Assembly (NCBI GenBank): GCA_020137815.1
Contig: CM035359.1
Coordinates: 4,774,001 to 4,838,000, forward strand
DNA length: 64,000 bases
Direction: 5' to 3'
From: Hormiphora californensis
Lineage: Eukaryota; Animalia; Ctenophora
The stretch's first letter is position 1. Each line of letters begins with the position of its first letter. Shown piece by piece: positions 45,930-60,413 of this stretch. The notes below the pieces were generated by a model. The model saw only the letters and a list, made by a program, of their open reading frames with translations. It did not search any database and had not been told where the DNA came from. The translations under genes were made by a program, and so were the position numbers.

Positions 45930-48900
45930 GAACCCCTTTTAAAAATTAAAGGGGGGCCCCCAAAAAAGGGGAAAAACCCAAATTTAAAATTCCCCAAAAA
46001 TTTTGGGGGGGGGTTTTTTAAAATTTTTAAAAAAAAATTTTTTTTAAAAAGGGGGGGAAAAAAAAAAAGGGGTTAAAAAGGGGGGGGGGGGGGGGGTTTT
46101 AAAAAAATTGGGGCCCCAAAAAAAAATTTTAAAAAAAGGGGGGTTTTTAACCCCCTTTTTTTTAAAAAAAAAAAAATTTTAAAAATTCCCTTTTTTTTTT
46201 TTTTTTTTGGGGGGGGGGGAAAAAGGGGGGGGGGCCCCCGGGGGGGGGGGGGGGGGGTTTGGGGGGGGGTTTTTTAAAAAAAAAAAAAAAAATAAAAAAA
46301 AGGGGGGGGGGGGGGGAAAAAAAACCCCGGGGGGGTTAACCTGGGGGAAAAAAAAAAAAGGAAAGGGAAAAAAAGGGGGGAAAAAAAAAGGAAAGGGCGG
46401 GGGAAAAATTTTTTAAAAAAAAAAGGGGGGGTTTTTTTTAAAGGAAAAATTTAATTTAAAAAATTTTTTGGGGGGGGGTTTAAAAAAAGGTTTTTTGGGG
46501 GGAAAAAAAAAAGGGTTTTTCCCCCCCCCAAAAAAAAATTTTAAACTTAAAAAAATTTAAAAAATTTTTTTGGGGTTTTTTTCCCGGGGTTTAAAGATTA
46601 CCCTTTTAAAAAAAAAAAAATTAAGGGGGGGGAAAAAACCCTTTTTTGGGGGGGGGGGGGGGGGTTTTTTTAAAAATTAAGGGGTTTTGGGGGGGTTTTT
46701 TTTTGGGGGGGGTTTTTTGGGGGGTTTTTTCCCCCCCTTTTGGAAAAAAGGGGGAAAAGGGGGGGTTTTTTGGGGGTTTTTTTTTGGGGGCCCCCCCAAA
46801 AAAATTTTTTTAAAAAAAAAAAAATTTAAAAAAAACGGGGGGTTTAAAAAAAAATTTCCCGGGGGGAAAAAAACCCTTTCCCCCTCCCCCCCCCCTTTTT
46901 TTTTCCCCCCTTTTTTTTTCCCCCTTTCCCCCCTTGTTTTTTTAAAAAAAAATTTTTTTCCCCCCCCTTTTTTAAAATTTTTAAAAATTTTTTAAAAAAA
47001 ATTGAAACCCCTTTAAAAAGGGTTAAGGGGTTTGGGAAAAAAAATTTTTTAAAAGGGGGGGGGGGGCCCCCCCCCGGGGTTTTTAAAAAAAAAAATTCGG
47101 GGGGAAAAAAGGAAAAAAGGGGAAAGGGGGGAAAAAACCCCCCAAAAAAGTCAAATTTTTTTTTAAAAAGGGGGTTTTTTTGGGTTTTAAAAAAAAAACC
47201 CTTTTTTTTAAAAAAAAAAGGGGAAAAAAAAAATTTTTAAACCCCCCGGCCAAAAAAAGGGGGAAAAAAAAAAGGGAAAAAAAAAAAAAGGGGGGGGGGG
47301 GGAAAAAAAAAAAAAAAAAAGGGATGGGGAAAAAAAAGGGGGGGGAACAAAAAAAAAAGGGAAAAGGGGGGGGGGGGGCCGGGGGTTTTTTAAAACAATT
47401 TTAAAAAAAAAAAAAGGGGAAAAAAAAAAAAAAGAAAAGGGGGAAAAAAAGGGGCCCCCAAAAAAATTTTTTTTTCCCCAAAATTTTTTTTTTTTTTTCC
47501 CCCGGGGGGGAAAGGGGGGGGGGTTTTTTTTTCCCTTTTTAAAAAAACCCCAAAAAAAAAAAAAAGGGGGAAAAAAAGGGGCCCCCCCTGGGAAAAAAGG
47601 GGGGGAAAACCCCCCCCCTTTCCCAAAAAATTTTTTTGGGGGGGGAAATTTGGGGGGGGGCCCCCAAAAAAAAAAAATTTCCCCTTTTTGGGGGAAAAAT
47701 TTGGGGGGGGAAAGGGGGTTTTGGGGGGGAAAAAAATTAAAAATTTAAAAAATTAAGCAAATCCCCTTTTAAAAAAGGGGGGGGGGGGGAAAAAGGGGAA
47801 TTTTTTTAAAAAAAGGGGGGTTGGGGGGGGGAAATTTTTTAAAAAAAATTTTTTTTTTTTTTTTTTTTTATTTGGGGCTTTTAACCCCAAAAATTTTTTC
47901 CCCGGGTTTTTTTTTAGGGGGAAATTTTCCCCCAAAAAACCCCCCCAACCCCCAAACCCAAAAAAAAAATTTTTTTTAAAAAAAAACCCTTTTTTTGGGG
48001 TTTTTGAAAAAAAAATTGGCCCAAAAAAAAGGGGGGGAAAAAATTTAAAAAACCCGGGGGGCCCCGGGGGGGGAAAAAAAAGGGCCCCCCCTTTTTTCCC
48101 CCCCCCCCCCAAAAATCCCGGGTTTTTTTGGTTAAAAGGGGGTTGGGTTTTTGGAAAAGGAAAAAATTTTTTTTTTAAAAAAGGGGCCCCCCCCCCCCTT
48201 TTTTTTTTTTTTTTTTTTCCCCCGGGGGGGGGAAGGGGGGTTTGGGGTTGGGGGGGGAAAGGGGGGGAAAAAAGGGGTTTTAAAAAAAAATTAAAAAAAA
48301 AAAATTTTAAAAAAAAAAAACCCAAAAAAAAACCCCCGGGGGGAAAAAGGTCGGAATAAAAGGGAAAAAAAACCCAAACCTATTGGGGCCCCTGGGAAAA
48401 AAAAAATTTTCCCCCTTTTTTTTACCCCCCCCCCCCCCCTTTTTTAAAAAACCTTTGGGGCCCGGGGGGGGGCCCCCCAAAAGGGGGGAAAAAAAAAGGG
48501 GGGTTTTGGGGGGTTTAAAAAAAACCAAAAAAAAAAGGGTTTTTTTTTAAAAAAAAGGGGGCCCCCAAAAAGGGGGGGGGTTTTCCGGTCCCAAAACCCC
48601 TTTTTTTTTTTTTTCCCCCCAAAAAAAAAAGGGGGGGGTTTTTTTGGGATTTAAAAAGAAACCCCCCCCCCCCCCCCGGGGGGGCCCCCCTTTTTTTCCC
48701 CAAAACCCAAAAATTTTTTTTCCCCTTTTTAAAAAAAACCCCAAAAAAATTTTTTTTTCCCCCTTTTCCCCCAAAAAAAGGAAACCCCCTTTAAAAAGGC
48801 CCCCCCTTTTTCCCCCTTTTTCCCCCGGGGGTTTTTGGGGGGTTTGGGTTTTTTTTTTGGGGGGGCCCCCAATTTTTTTCCCCCCCGGGGGTTTCCCCAA

Positions 48901-49160
48901 AAATTTTTTTTTTATTAAAAAAAACAAAAAACCCCCCCCCCGGGGGGGTTTTTGGGGGGAAAAAAAAATTTTTAAAAGGGGGGGGGAAAAAAAAAAAAAA
49001 CCCCCCCCCCCCCAAAAAAAAACCCCCCCCCCCCCCAAAAAACCCCCCCAAAAAACCCCCCAAAAAAAAACCAAAAAACCCCCCCCCCCAAAAATCCCCC
49101 CCTTTTTTCCCCCCATTTTTTCCCCCCCCCTTTTTTTTTTTCCCCCCCCCTTTTTTTTTG
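45930..49160. other. Homopolymer-run region, probably a sequencing or consensus artefact
   Basis: Almost entirely A/T/G/C runs with no periodic unit, grading into partly normal sequence on both flanks. Confidence 0.8.
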
Positions 49161-50144
49161 GGTTTCTCACTATAAAAAACCTCGAAAAACCAAAAATCAA
49201 TTTTCTATTCACACAATATGCCCCGAATACTCAGTGCCAAAGAAGAAAGCGGGCCCCAGTTTTTTCAACAGGGGAGTGGCGGGGGGAAAAGATGCCCTTT
49301 TTTAAAAAGGGGGGGGCACCCAACCGAGGGGGAAAAAAAGAGGGGGCGCCCCCCGCCAGACAAAAAGGCCCGCGACCAAAAAAAGCCCCGTTTTCAAGCA
49401 AAAAGCGGGCATTCCCTTTCTCCCCAAAGACCTATAAACATCCCCTTTCTTGGGGGGGCCTTAGAAATTACACTACTGTTTAGGGTGAAATTTTGGAAAA
49501 GTCGTTATTTATGAGCGGGAGGTATTGTGCCAAACCCCAGTACAAAAATATTTCCCCCCGTAGCGATATAGGGGCCGGCGGGGGCCCAAAAAACACATGA
49601 TAGTAAAACCGTGATATTTTTCAAACCCAAAAAAGAGTATTCCAAATATTTCTGAACAAAAGAAAGATGGAAGGCTAGTCAGGTTTGGTGTGTTCCGAAC
49701 ACTGGAAATATATACTGCATTCCAATCTCAGGGTAGCCTTTTTTTGAAAGGAATAGGGGGGAGAAAAGAGAGAGGTCGGAGAAGAAAGAAGAGAGGAGAG
49801 AGAGAAGGGGGAGAGGAAGAGGGAGAGAGGGAGAGAAGAGGGAGTGAGGAAGTGTCTCATGCGTTGAAAAATTTCCATATTTTTAAAAGCTTAGCCGGCA
49901 TATTTCTAGGCTACGTGTGTAGGATCGCTGGGTGGATAGGGTTGTAGGCCCGGGAGAGGGAAACAAAGAATTTAGGTAGTAAGAAGAAACAAGAAAGGGA
50001 AGAGATAGATGTAAAGTTCCAAACAAAAGAAAGAAAGACCAAGTTTGGATCTACGGGTCCAGGGTCACTAAACAGAGTTGTTGAGTAAGTACAAAGAGTA
50101 TAATAGAGGCTCGAAGATCTCATTTTCCCGTGGTAATAAGGCAA

Positions 50145-50442
50145 TAGGGATCCCTAAAAAAGTTCAGTATTTACACAGCGTTTACACAGTCTTTACACAG
50201 TCGTTACACCCAGAGCGGCGTGTGCTGCGTTTTGCGGCTTTTTCTAAGAAAATATTTGGATTGTGTGCTGCACAATTGAGGTAAATTGAGCGCTGCGGCG
50301 AAAAAGTTTCCGAAAACGCTGCAAATCGACGTGCGAAAGACGCAGTCTTTACACCCAGAGCGGCGCGGGCGCTCTGGGTGTAACGACTGTGTAAAGACTG
50401 TGTAAACGCTGTGTAAATACTGAACTTTTTTAAGGATCCCTA
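50145..50442. mobile_element. MITE with about 70-bp TIRs
   Basis: TAGGGATCC..AAAAAAGTTCAGTATTTACACAGCGTTTACACAGTCTTTACACAGTCGTTACACCCAGAGCG is mirrored at the right end. Confidence 0.85.
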
Positions 50443-50957
50443 TAGAGGCTCGAAGATCTCATTTTCCCGTGGTATATACAAGCGAGGTTAGGAAATCTGC
50501 AGATAAAAGAACATACATATTTCTATTAGGCTTGGCTGCATAAACCCGAAGTGTGAGTGTTACACACAAGCTAACACAACTACTACCTCATCACTCCTTC
50601 TATCTCCCTCTCTCTCACTCCTTCTATCTCTCACTCTCTATCTTCATTTATCTCTCACTCCCTCTATCTCCCTCTCCCTCTCTCACTCCCTCTCTCACTC
50701 CCTATCTTCATTTATCTCTCCTATACTTGTCTCTTTCTATCTCCCGCGCATAATAGCTGTGGATAGGTGCCTAATCATTTTCCAATTACACGACACTTAG
50801 TTTTATGCCCAATGTCTCCCTTTCTCTCATTCCATCCTCTCTCTATCTCTCTATCACTATATCTTTTTCTCTCTGTCGTAAGTCATCTCTCTCCCTAAGA
50901 CACACCCCTGTAGTAACACGAAGAAATGCAGTCGTTAATTGACCGCCAAGACGAGTA

Positions 50958-51048
<91 letters not shown>

Positions 51049-51306
51049 CTCGTGCGACCTGTTAGCGCCCCCTAAGGGTAGGTGAGTGTCGCTAAATTAG
51101 GCGTGTATATATCATGAGGTGGTTAAGAATTGAGGAGCCTAAATTTAGATCTGTGGACAATTGTATTGGAGATGGCGGGAGTTTAGATCAGTGTGGGACG
51201 TGCAGTGCCTTTCTCGACCCTCTATACAAAACATGTCTTGAAGAAGAGAATCCTATAGAGGATTATCCTCTAAACCATGCCACGTGGTACACTACACTGA
51301 TAGTTA

Positions 51307-51547
51307 CAGGGAAACATGTGTACACGAGATCTTATAAGAATTCATTGTTTATTCATATCAACCTCATTTTATTGGTATATCACTTATGTATCTAATATCT
51401 ATTCATCGTGTCGGTACCACATGCACAGCCGGTTATTTAAACTGCCAAACACAACACTACAACAGCCATCACGACCACGTACAGTTACTGTTGATATGAA
51501 TAAACAATGAATTCTTATAAGATCTCGTGTACATGTATGTGTCCCTG
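51307..51547. mobile_element. MITE with TA TSD
   Basis: TA|CAGGGA...TGTACACGAGATCTTATAAGAATTCATTGTTTATTCATATCAAC is mirrored, ending TCCCTG|TA. Confidence 0.85.
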
Positions 51548-52373
51548 TATTGTTCTTTCTCATAATATATTGCTACTACTGCAGTAGCAATATATTATGA
51601 TTTATGGTCCAACTTGAAATTGGCGCTTGAGATGTTTTTCCAGACCAACGATAACAAAGCCCAAAGGTTGGCAATATGAAAAGGTCTGCTACAAAATGGA
51701 GCAAAGACTACTGGCGTGGTAAAAGGGGTGTTAAAACTTGGCAAGGAGATCACTAGAAAATTCCGTCACTGATGAATGTTCTTGAATGTCCCGCAATAGT
51801 AAAATATTTTACTGTGGGCGACGGTGAATGACAACTTCCCCGTTTCGCCCTGCGTCAATTCGTCCCGTTAAGTTTTTTGCAAGAGTTTTTACAAGGCAAA
51901 AGCTGTCAGATCACCTTTCTGTTCAATTCAAACCCTTGAAGTTCAATGCAGGAAGTGCAGCTTATGAATAGAAAAAATAGAACAGCGGATCGACCTATTA
52001 AACATCAAATGGAATGATCTAAATTGTGTCATGGGATTTTTTAAGATTGAATGGGGCTATACATGAATTGTCTAGTGTCCACCAGACACACTATATGACC
52101 TAAGATTTTCAAAATTCTTAGCCTCTGGTGTGATATTTATTTTCGACTACAGTATTCTTTATTCAATATGGAGATTTGAGTTTCAGATTGCTTGTATATA
52201 AATAGTTATAGTAGACAGTGATAACTATACTAAACCAGGCAGATTTAAAAAATGGGGAGGACTTGGAAGAAGTTCGATATTATATATATATCCACTTCGA
52301 TTATGTATAACCGAAGTGTCTTGAAAGTTTCGAGAAATTATAATCGATATATTATAGGTATATATACATTGTA

Positions 52374-53258
52374 ACGTGTTGGGCAAAAAAAATGTCCCCC
52401 CTAGACTAGCATAGTTCCAGATATCGTAGAGCTCTAAAATTTTACACAGTTACTCTATGGGACAAATAAATAAGTTCCACAAAATTTCAGACTTTCAGCT
52501 CAAAGTTCATTTTTTTGATCAGAATGAACATTGTTATTCATTCCAAAAAACATGATTTTTCGGTCCAAAAGCCAAGCAATTGTCTTTGGCTCTCGATTTT
52601 CTTTCAAATGCGACCAAGAAAAGCCAAAACGGACAATCACAAGGCACACCGTGGTCATGTTTCTGACAGTTAATCAGGTCATGTGATCCCCACCGAATCG
52701 TATAATTTATTCAGAATTGCTAATCAGGCTTAATGGTGGAGAATCACATATCACAGCTGCTAATGAGGGATGACGATGACTATTGGTCATGAGATCCGAA
52801 GCTCATTAACAAGTGGCCTCTTTACCCAAGTGCTCCCGAATCACATGTCGCTTTTTCGATACACATCCACATAGCGACGTGATACGTGATTCTCCCCCAC
52901 TTCGCTGATTAGCAACCGATTCGATGGGGATCACATGACCGTGAATAACTGTCAGAAACATGACCACGGATGTTGTTGCATTTGTGGTGGGTCGTTTTGG
53001 CTTTTCTTGGTCGCTTGAAAGAAAATCGATAGCAAAGACAATTGCTTGGCGCTTTCTTGGACCCGAAAAAATCATGTTTTTGGAATATGAAATAACACTG
53101 TTTCATTGTGATCAAAAAATGAACTTTGAGCTGAAATGAAAAGTCTGAAATTGGGGGACCTTATTTATTGTCCCATTAGGAGAACTGTTGTAAATTTAGA
53201 GCTCTACGATATCTGGAACTATGCTAGTCTAGGGGGGACATTTTTTTGCCCAACACGT
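52374..53258. mobile_element. Foldback-type element with arms longer than 300 bp, TA TSD
   Basis: TA|ACGTGTTGGGCAAAAAAAATGTCCCCCCTAGACTAGCATAG ... CTATGCTAGTCTAGGGGGGACATTTTTTTGCCCAACACGT|TA; the arms stay alignable for more than 300 bp with small indels. Confidence 0.85.
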
Positions 53259-53407
53259 TATATCCCATCACACGCGGGATAGAGCAAAATTATACAATCT
53301 ATATGATTAAAATAGATATCAAAACGAAGTGCATACGACAAACAGACCCCTCCTCTTGCAAGGCTTGATTCGATACAGGTGTGTAACTAAATTTTCAAAG
53401 AGTTGGT

Positions 53408-53497
<90 letters not shown>

Positions 53498-54722
53498 AGA
53501 GAGAAAAGAGAAAGATAGAGAGACAGATAGGTTGTTGTTGAGGGTGTGGGGTTGTAACTGATGTTTGTGACTCCCCAGGGAGCATACCTGAGATGATTTG
53601 AATATTTACAGTAGATTAGTCGTTATTTACTTTGGTGACCTGTTTCCGTATCATATGGTCCTAATAAGATTGGTACTGCCAAACCTGTATATGGTCTATG
53701 TAATGATCAATGTTTTACCAAAATCTTGACCTTCGGTCCGGTGTGACTGTGAGCGCCGACGCGACAGAGTCTGTCACAGACCATGGCCTGGACATGCCAA
53801 AATGATAAGATTCGTCTGATGAATAATATCAAGCTAGATAGAAGATTCTCTAGACTTTTATATTATGCCTTCTCCTCCTCAGATCCTCTTCTCTCTGTCT
53901 GATCATGGTGGGTGGGCGACTACTCGTCACCCGACCTCATAATAATTCACCTGGCTGAAAGATGTGGCAGGGGGGGTATTAGTAGGTATTCCCCTACACA
54001 TTAGGGAAACTCTCCCGGACGTCATTCTAGTACCACTGTTATTGGTGGATCTTTTCTTCACTCTTGTCACCTTTCCCGACATCGGGCCATTTACTCCCGG
54101 CCTCCACACCGTTCATATCGCCCTCCTTCCGCCCACGAACTAAACCGATCCCATTCGCACTCTGCAGCCCCCCTTTCTTGACTCTCTTCGGATACCCTCG
54201 CCTAACATTTTTTCGTTCGCTAGCTCATACTGAGTCGCTACCTGCCCAAGGCAATTCACCTCCCTCTATCGTTGTATAAGCCTTTACCGGGGGGGGAGGA
54301 GAGCACCTTGCTCCGTACGGCTGTATCGGGTTGCGGGTGTGTGGTGTGTATGCTCGTACTGTTTCTCGGAACGTTCTGTCGTTCTGACTAAAATTATTTG
54401 AAACGGATATGACACAGTCTGATATATATCTCCTGAGAGATCTCTCTATAGATATATCTATAGATTGCTAGAGATCGAGCAGAGAGAGAGAGAAGGAGAG
54501 AGAGAGAGCGAGAGAGGAGAGAGAGAGAGGAGGAGAGATAGAGAGAGATAGAGAGAGAGAGAGAGCTAGAGAGACGAGAGAGAGCTCTCTCTATCTTCTC
54601 TCTTCCTACTGCTCCTCTTCTCTCTCTCTTCTATCTCTCTCTCACTATGTCTCTCTCTCTCTCATATCTATCTCACTAATCTCTCTCTCTCTAACTATCT
54701 ATCTCTCTGCCTTGTTCTCTCT

Positions 54723-54779
<57 letters not shown>

Positions 54780-55395
54780 TGACCCATTCACCATAGCTAA
54801 TATGCCACTGCTATATTGTCTATTTTCTGTCTGTGTGGTTTTCTATCCCCCTGGAATCTTTGTATCGCTATCATGGTGAAGGATCTTCATCCCGCAAACG
54901 GTAATTGTACTGTAAAAGCAAAAGATAATATTAATATGTAGAGTAAAAGTGTAAAAATGGTTATTTTTGCAGTGCATTTATTTTTATTTTGGGATTGAAA
55001 AACCATGAAATTTTTGACAGTGAAACTTTTTTGGGAGATTAGTTTTTAAGTTTTAAGTTTAAAAACTAATCTCCCAAAAAGATAAAATTGATAAAGTTTG
55101 GGAATTATTTGAACAGAGTTAGGGAAGAGAGAGATACGCGAAATTCTCACAGTTAAATTATGTCAAAAATCGATGATATGGACGCAAAAATTTTCAACCG
55201 GTTATTTGAATATCAACTTTTACAGTCTGACCGGCCAGGCCAGTTATATGAATATTCATGGGTTGGAGGCGTTCGCGGATATGGTGGGCGAGAGGGTATA
55301 ACACCCTCCCCACCCCCCCCCCCACACCCCCCCCCCTTTGTGTGTCCTCCCCAGTTTCCACCCCAGTTTCCACCACAATCTATCCTTTCCTGCAG

Positions 55396-56326
55396 ATGTG
55401 CCAGTACACGAGGAGGAGGGGGAACAGGATCAGAACTATCCCACCTCTGCTCCACCCCCTGAAACCGTGGCTGCAACAGTCACCGTTCCTCACCCTGATG
55501 CTGTGAAACCATCGGTATGTGATCAGCTCCAATCGATTGGATGATTGCAATCATCACTAGTTAACTACTGAATGCGTTCATTTTTACCCGTGAAACCATC
55601 AGTATAATGTGCTAGAAAGATTCTTAGTGAGATCCTTAGTTTAACTTTATAAGAGAGCAAAATCTGACAGTGGCACGAAAGGTATTAAAGTAGTTTTATA
55701 GTCAAACTTAACTGTGAGGGAAATGAAGGATATGATTAAGAAATACGGAAGAAGGAAGTAAGAATATAACTACATAGTTGGCGGAGAATTCGAATTACAG
55801 AGTTTCTGTGCGGAATAACCCAAAGGATGGTTATTAACCATTCCAATGGTTAGAATTAGATACCGTGAGACAAAATTTCGAAACCAGAAATTACTGTCAA
55901 TGACAGTCTGTCATTATATGTTTCTTGGTTGCCCATCACAATTCCATTTCCTGGCTTCAGCTGTTGAACTTGCCCACCACAACCCTTTTCCCCCTCACTC
56001 AAGCATATCTAGCATATCCAGCATATCATATGGTTATAAGACTCCCTAAAAGTAAATGAGTCTTATAATCACGGTTGAAAAAAGTCAAAGTTTGGATCAT
56101 ATAAGACTGTCCTCTCTGCACAGTGCACACTGTGCATTGGCAATCAGAGCCTGACAAGTCAAAGTTTATTGCGATTAGACAGCGGATAATATATGAAAAT
56201 TGTCTTATCTCTGTTTTCTAGGACGGAGTCGTATCTCCGAAGGACTGGGAAGCCATAAAGACACTGACGGCCTTTAAAAGTATCCCAAGGAGAAGAAACA
56301 CACTTTGCCGATCGTTATATTTACCG
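55396..56326 (+). CDS. Two candidate exons (55396-55514, 56222-56326) of an unidentified gene
   Basis: TCCTTTCCTGCAG|...|GTATGT and TGTTTTCTAG|...|GTACGT are phase compatible; the first exon is acidic and Pro/Thr-rich. Confidence 0.35.
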
Positions 56327-57449
56327 GTACGTGTCAGCTTTAGAAAATACGAATTCTGTGGAAAATGTGAGTGCTGTGGAAAATGTATGGAAATGACACC
56401 TTTGAAAAATTCCCAAATTCCAAAATAATTAGATTCAACCGGGGCCCCAAAAAAAAAAGAGACCCCTAAAAAATTAAACTGGGAAAAAGTGTGGGGAAAT
56501 TAAAATTTGAAATAAGTTAAGGGGGTTTTTGTATAAACTCCAAGCGATCCCCTAAAACACCATAATAATACTGTGTGAAAGTGATAATTTCTAACACCCC
56601 ACCTCATCATTCCTCATCAGCGGAGTGGTGCAGGCCCTGTCATCAATGACTTTGTTGCCAGCGTGATTTAGAGTTCCCGGAGGGTCCCCTTTACAAGGGA
56701 AACATTGAAGTACCCCTTGTCTTCCCGATTTTACAAAAACAAGAACCCAATGTTTCTTACTCAACAACCCCACGGGGGTAATAATCGGAAAAAAAGGTTA
56801 ATCCCTTTCCATCGGAACTATAGTTGGAGCAAAAATTGAAAAACCCTTTTTTAAAACGGTATTAAAAAACTTTTACGAGGGACTTCTAGTAACATGTCTG
56901 AAAAGGGTGTTGTTCTTCTTTTTCTTCTCCTTCTCTTTTCTCCCTCTCTCTCTCTCTCTCCCTCTCCCCCTCTCTCTCTCCCTCTCTCTCTCCCTCTCTC
57001 TCTCTCCCTCTGTCTCGACACTGTCAAAGTGCTACATGGAATAGTTTCATGTCATATTAAGGCTACTGAGGCTGATGCTTGCAGTGAAAACTCACCCCTC
57101 CCTCTACAATCTCCGGCTCCCTCCCATAACCTCCCCACCCACCCCCCCCCTCCCCCCTTACCCTCCCCTCCCTCACATCCCTCTACTCCTCCCCTCTTCC
57201 ACTGCTGCACCCCTTCCCCATCCACGGTTCCCCTCCCTCTCTCCCCCTCCCTCAGTATTAAAAAATATCGGCCGATATTGGTCGACCCCCCATCAGAATC
57301 ACTGATTACTATTAACAAACTAACATGCATTTAAATTAGTGTGTCAAATACAAATTGCTACCTACAAAAACACAAATAATAATTGTATTTGTTCACAGTG
57401 TGTGGCTCACACCGCGCCCCGTGTTGTTGAGATAACTTGTGACTTATTT

Positions 57450-57931
57450 TCACACTTGAGAGTTTCGCCTTGGCGCAGTGCTTATTGATCTCCGAATTGG
57501 TAACCCAAAATACCGATCACTGCACGCAGTACTAGTGCTAAACAGCTCCGTCGCTGCTCCACTTCGAGCCACATGATGTGTCAAATTTAATCGATCTCTA
57601 GGCAACGATTCGGAGAAGTTTTTAGTGGTTATGATGACCTGACTGCCCGAGCATCTTTCCTCCGATTTACTCCTAAAAAAGGGTCCTCGATTGATATTTG
57701 CCTGCCGTGTGAAATGGTCATTTCGGTGTCGGTGATGATGGTGTAGATGGTTCAGATGGAAATGATGCGTTGCAGCCTCCGGTATTATCGGTTGGGATTC
57801 TTGTTGCCGCTGTTCAGCTGCCACGTTGATGTTGATGGATGAGATGTTGTTAGTACTGAGTCCCTCTTCGCTGTTGTTGTAGTTGAAGGAGTAGAGGGAG
57901 CGAGATCGGGCACGGGTACTATGGACACAGC
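57450..57931 (-). CDS. Candidate terminal exon encoding a disordered His/Ser-rich tail ending NSQV
   Basis: Acceptor CTTCTCTCCCAATTCAG followed by a 160-codon open frame; class I PDZ-ligand-like C-terminus; upstream exons not identified. Confidence 0.5.
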
Positions 57932-60413
57932 CTGAATTGGGAGAGAAGGATCAGGGTTTGGTGCTGTTTTGGTGCTGTTTTGAGATGGGAAGGGAGTCTA
58001 CTAAACTCAGTTTAGCAGACCTATACAACTTGTGGGAGGGGAGTATAGATAGGGAAAGGAGTTTGGTAACGAAGTTACCCCCTCCCTTGCCGGTGCGCGA
58101 AGCGGGCTAAACGAAGGCCGCGAAGAATTAAGTCGCAATATTCGCTTAGCCAAACCAAATAGGGATGCTTTTTTGGCAGGTGAGAAGAACTTCGCTTTTT
58201 GCAACCTTCTTGCAGCCTTTTGTTATTAGCGAAGTTCTACTCACCTACCCAGTGTTTCATTACTAGATGAGTGGGCCACGGACCCCATCTGGACGCATTG
58301 TCGCCGACAATGTCGGGGTATGGCGCCACCAGACCTGTATGGCGGCGCCATACCCCCATTTGCGCTCAGACGGGGTCGGCGGCGCCAAACAGCACCAGAC
58401 AGAAATTTAACTAACCCATTTCGTTATATCGGAATTGTGGTGCCAGCCGTCACATTGGAGTGTGGTATCATATCTACAAGGTACAGCTGTTCACACGTGC
58501 TGGTAGCAAACAGTACGAGGATATCAAACTAAAACAATCAACTAAACTGCTACATACTAGAACTACAATCAACAACTGCAGGGCAATGGTGTAAAAGATG
58601 GATAGTACTGAGATTAGAAATTAGCTACTGTCAAAATGCTACAAACATGCCAACCGAACAATGTCCAAGGAAGACGCTGGAACAAACTATGTGTTTCTAT
58701 CGTATACCATTGTCCCACAGCAACCGATTCGCAATCAATGTTTGATTTGCCAAGTTAGACTGCCATATAAAATCAAAACAAAGCAATGTTTGATGACCTA
58801 GTAATATAAAGAATTTAATCGAGAACAGTTGCCGATCATGGGATCATGCCGTTTCACAAAGTAACTAAAGAGGTAGAAAGAAATGCATCCACCACCTGCG
58901 TTACTTGATATAGAAAATTATTGAAAAAAAAGTAATGAGGGAGTGAATATATGTAATAAATATATGATTAATATATCATTAATTTATTGAATAATATTTA
59001 TATGAAATATATATTACTATATATATTCTTATCAGAAATAGAGTGGAAAGCATCTATAGAGAAGAGATCAGAGAGAGAAGAGAAGAAACCAGAAGACGAG
59101 AAGAGATAAAGCAAAAGATAAGAGAGTACCGAGAAGAGAGAGATATACTGAGATCCTATATTATATAGACTAGATCATTATCTCCCCTCTCTCCTCTCTT
59201 CTCTCTCTCTCTCTCTCTCTCTCATTTTTCCCCCACTGCTGATTGGAGAAGGAAACCGCCTCCCCTCCACTCTTCATCCAAATAGGGATAAAAAATGCTA
59301 TGTAGTGTGTTTTAATTTTTAAAGAGAGAGAGAGAACGCGAGGAGATACCGAGACGAAAACACAAAGATAGAAACACGAGGGCGACCTGACCCCAGAGCA
59401 CGCGACGGCGGGAAAACCGAAGCCTGAGGACGAGCTGCCTGGACCGGAGACCGCATCAGAGGAGAGACTGGAGAAGCACGCCCGCCAAGCACGCTCACCG
59501 AAGACCGACAAGAACACAGCGAGAGACGACTGCGAGACCCAAACGACACACCCCGAGACCACCCGCGACCGCACAGCCAAACGCACCCCAAATCTATGAA
59601 CCAGTAGAGCACTCAAGAGCAAGATTTCAGAGGAGAACGTAGACGCCCCGAGACCTCTCGGAGCAGATCATTACCACTCAACGAAGAAAGAGCCCGTCGA
59701 GATCCGAAGAACCGGAGCACGCACCCTTCGCGATATGTCACGACGGGCCACAACGAACAGAACAGACCGGAGCTAGGCCGGACGAAGAGCAGCACCATGA
59801 TACACCGCCACCGACACGGAGAGTCTGTGACAGAACCGGCGCGCTAGACTCGCAGGACGGCGGAACGCCCAGTCCACGCACCCCCCGAGAGATACGCCAG
59901 AGACGTGACGACAGTGAGGCGCTCGGGAGTAACCTCTCTCGAGAGACCCCTAGCTCGAACGAAGCCACTCGACCCGAAGAGGGACGAGACGAAATAGAGA
60001 CGCCCCACCGCAAGCGCGAAGAAGAGACGAGCCGCGGACAGACGACAACAACGCTAGACGAACGCACCGAGACCGATGCAGCGGGAGAGGAAGAACCGAA
60101 GAGGTGCAGAAGACAGAACTGACTAGGAAAGAGCACTTGAGAACGGACGAGACCGATAACGAGGAGCGCGGGGTGAGGGAACGACAGTCCTCACCCCACG
60201 GACCGGATGCGACGAGGGGGACAGAGGAGACGACAGCGACTGTACCGAAGCGAAGAGAGGGTGACGTAGACTGGTGAGCCCAAGACTAGGGAGGACTGAG
60301 AAAGAGGGGCAAAAGAGACACAAGGAAAGAGCACACGACGCAGAGACGAGGAGCAGAGAGAGATTGAGAGGATGAGGAGAGACGAGCGAGAGCGCAGTGA
60401 TGAGGGAGAGGAG

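Noticed and set aside
46207-49514. G/K/F/P-rich ORFs
   Set aside because: They are produced by homopolymer runs in probably artefactual sequence.
51114-51720. Cys-containing exon candidates
   Set aside because: Plausible, but no family match or complete gene model could be supported.
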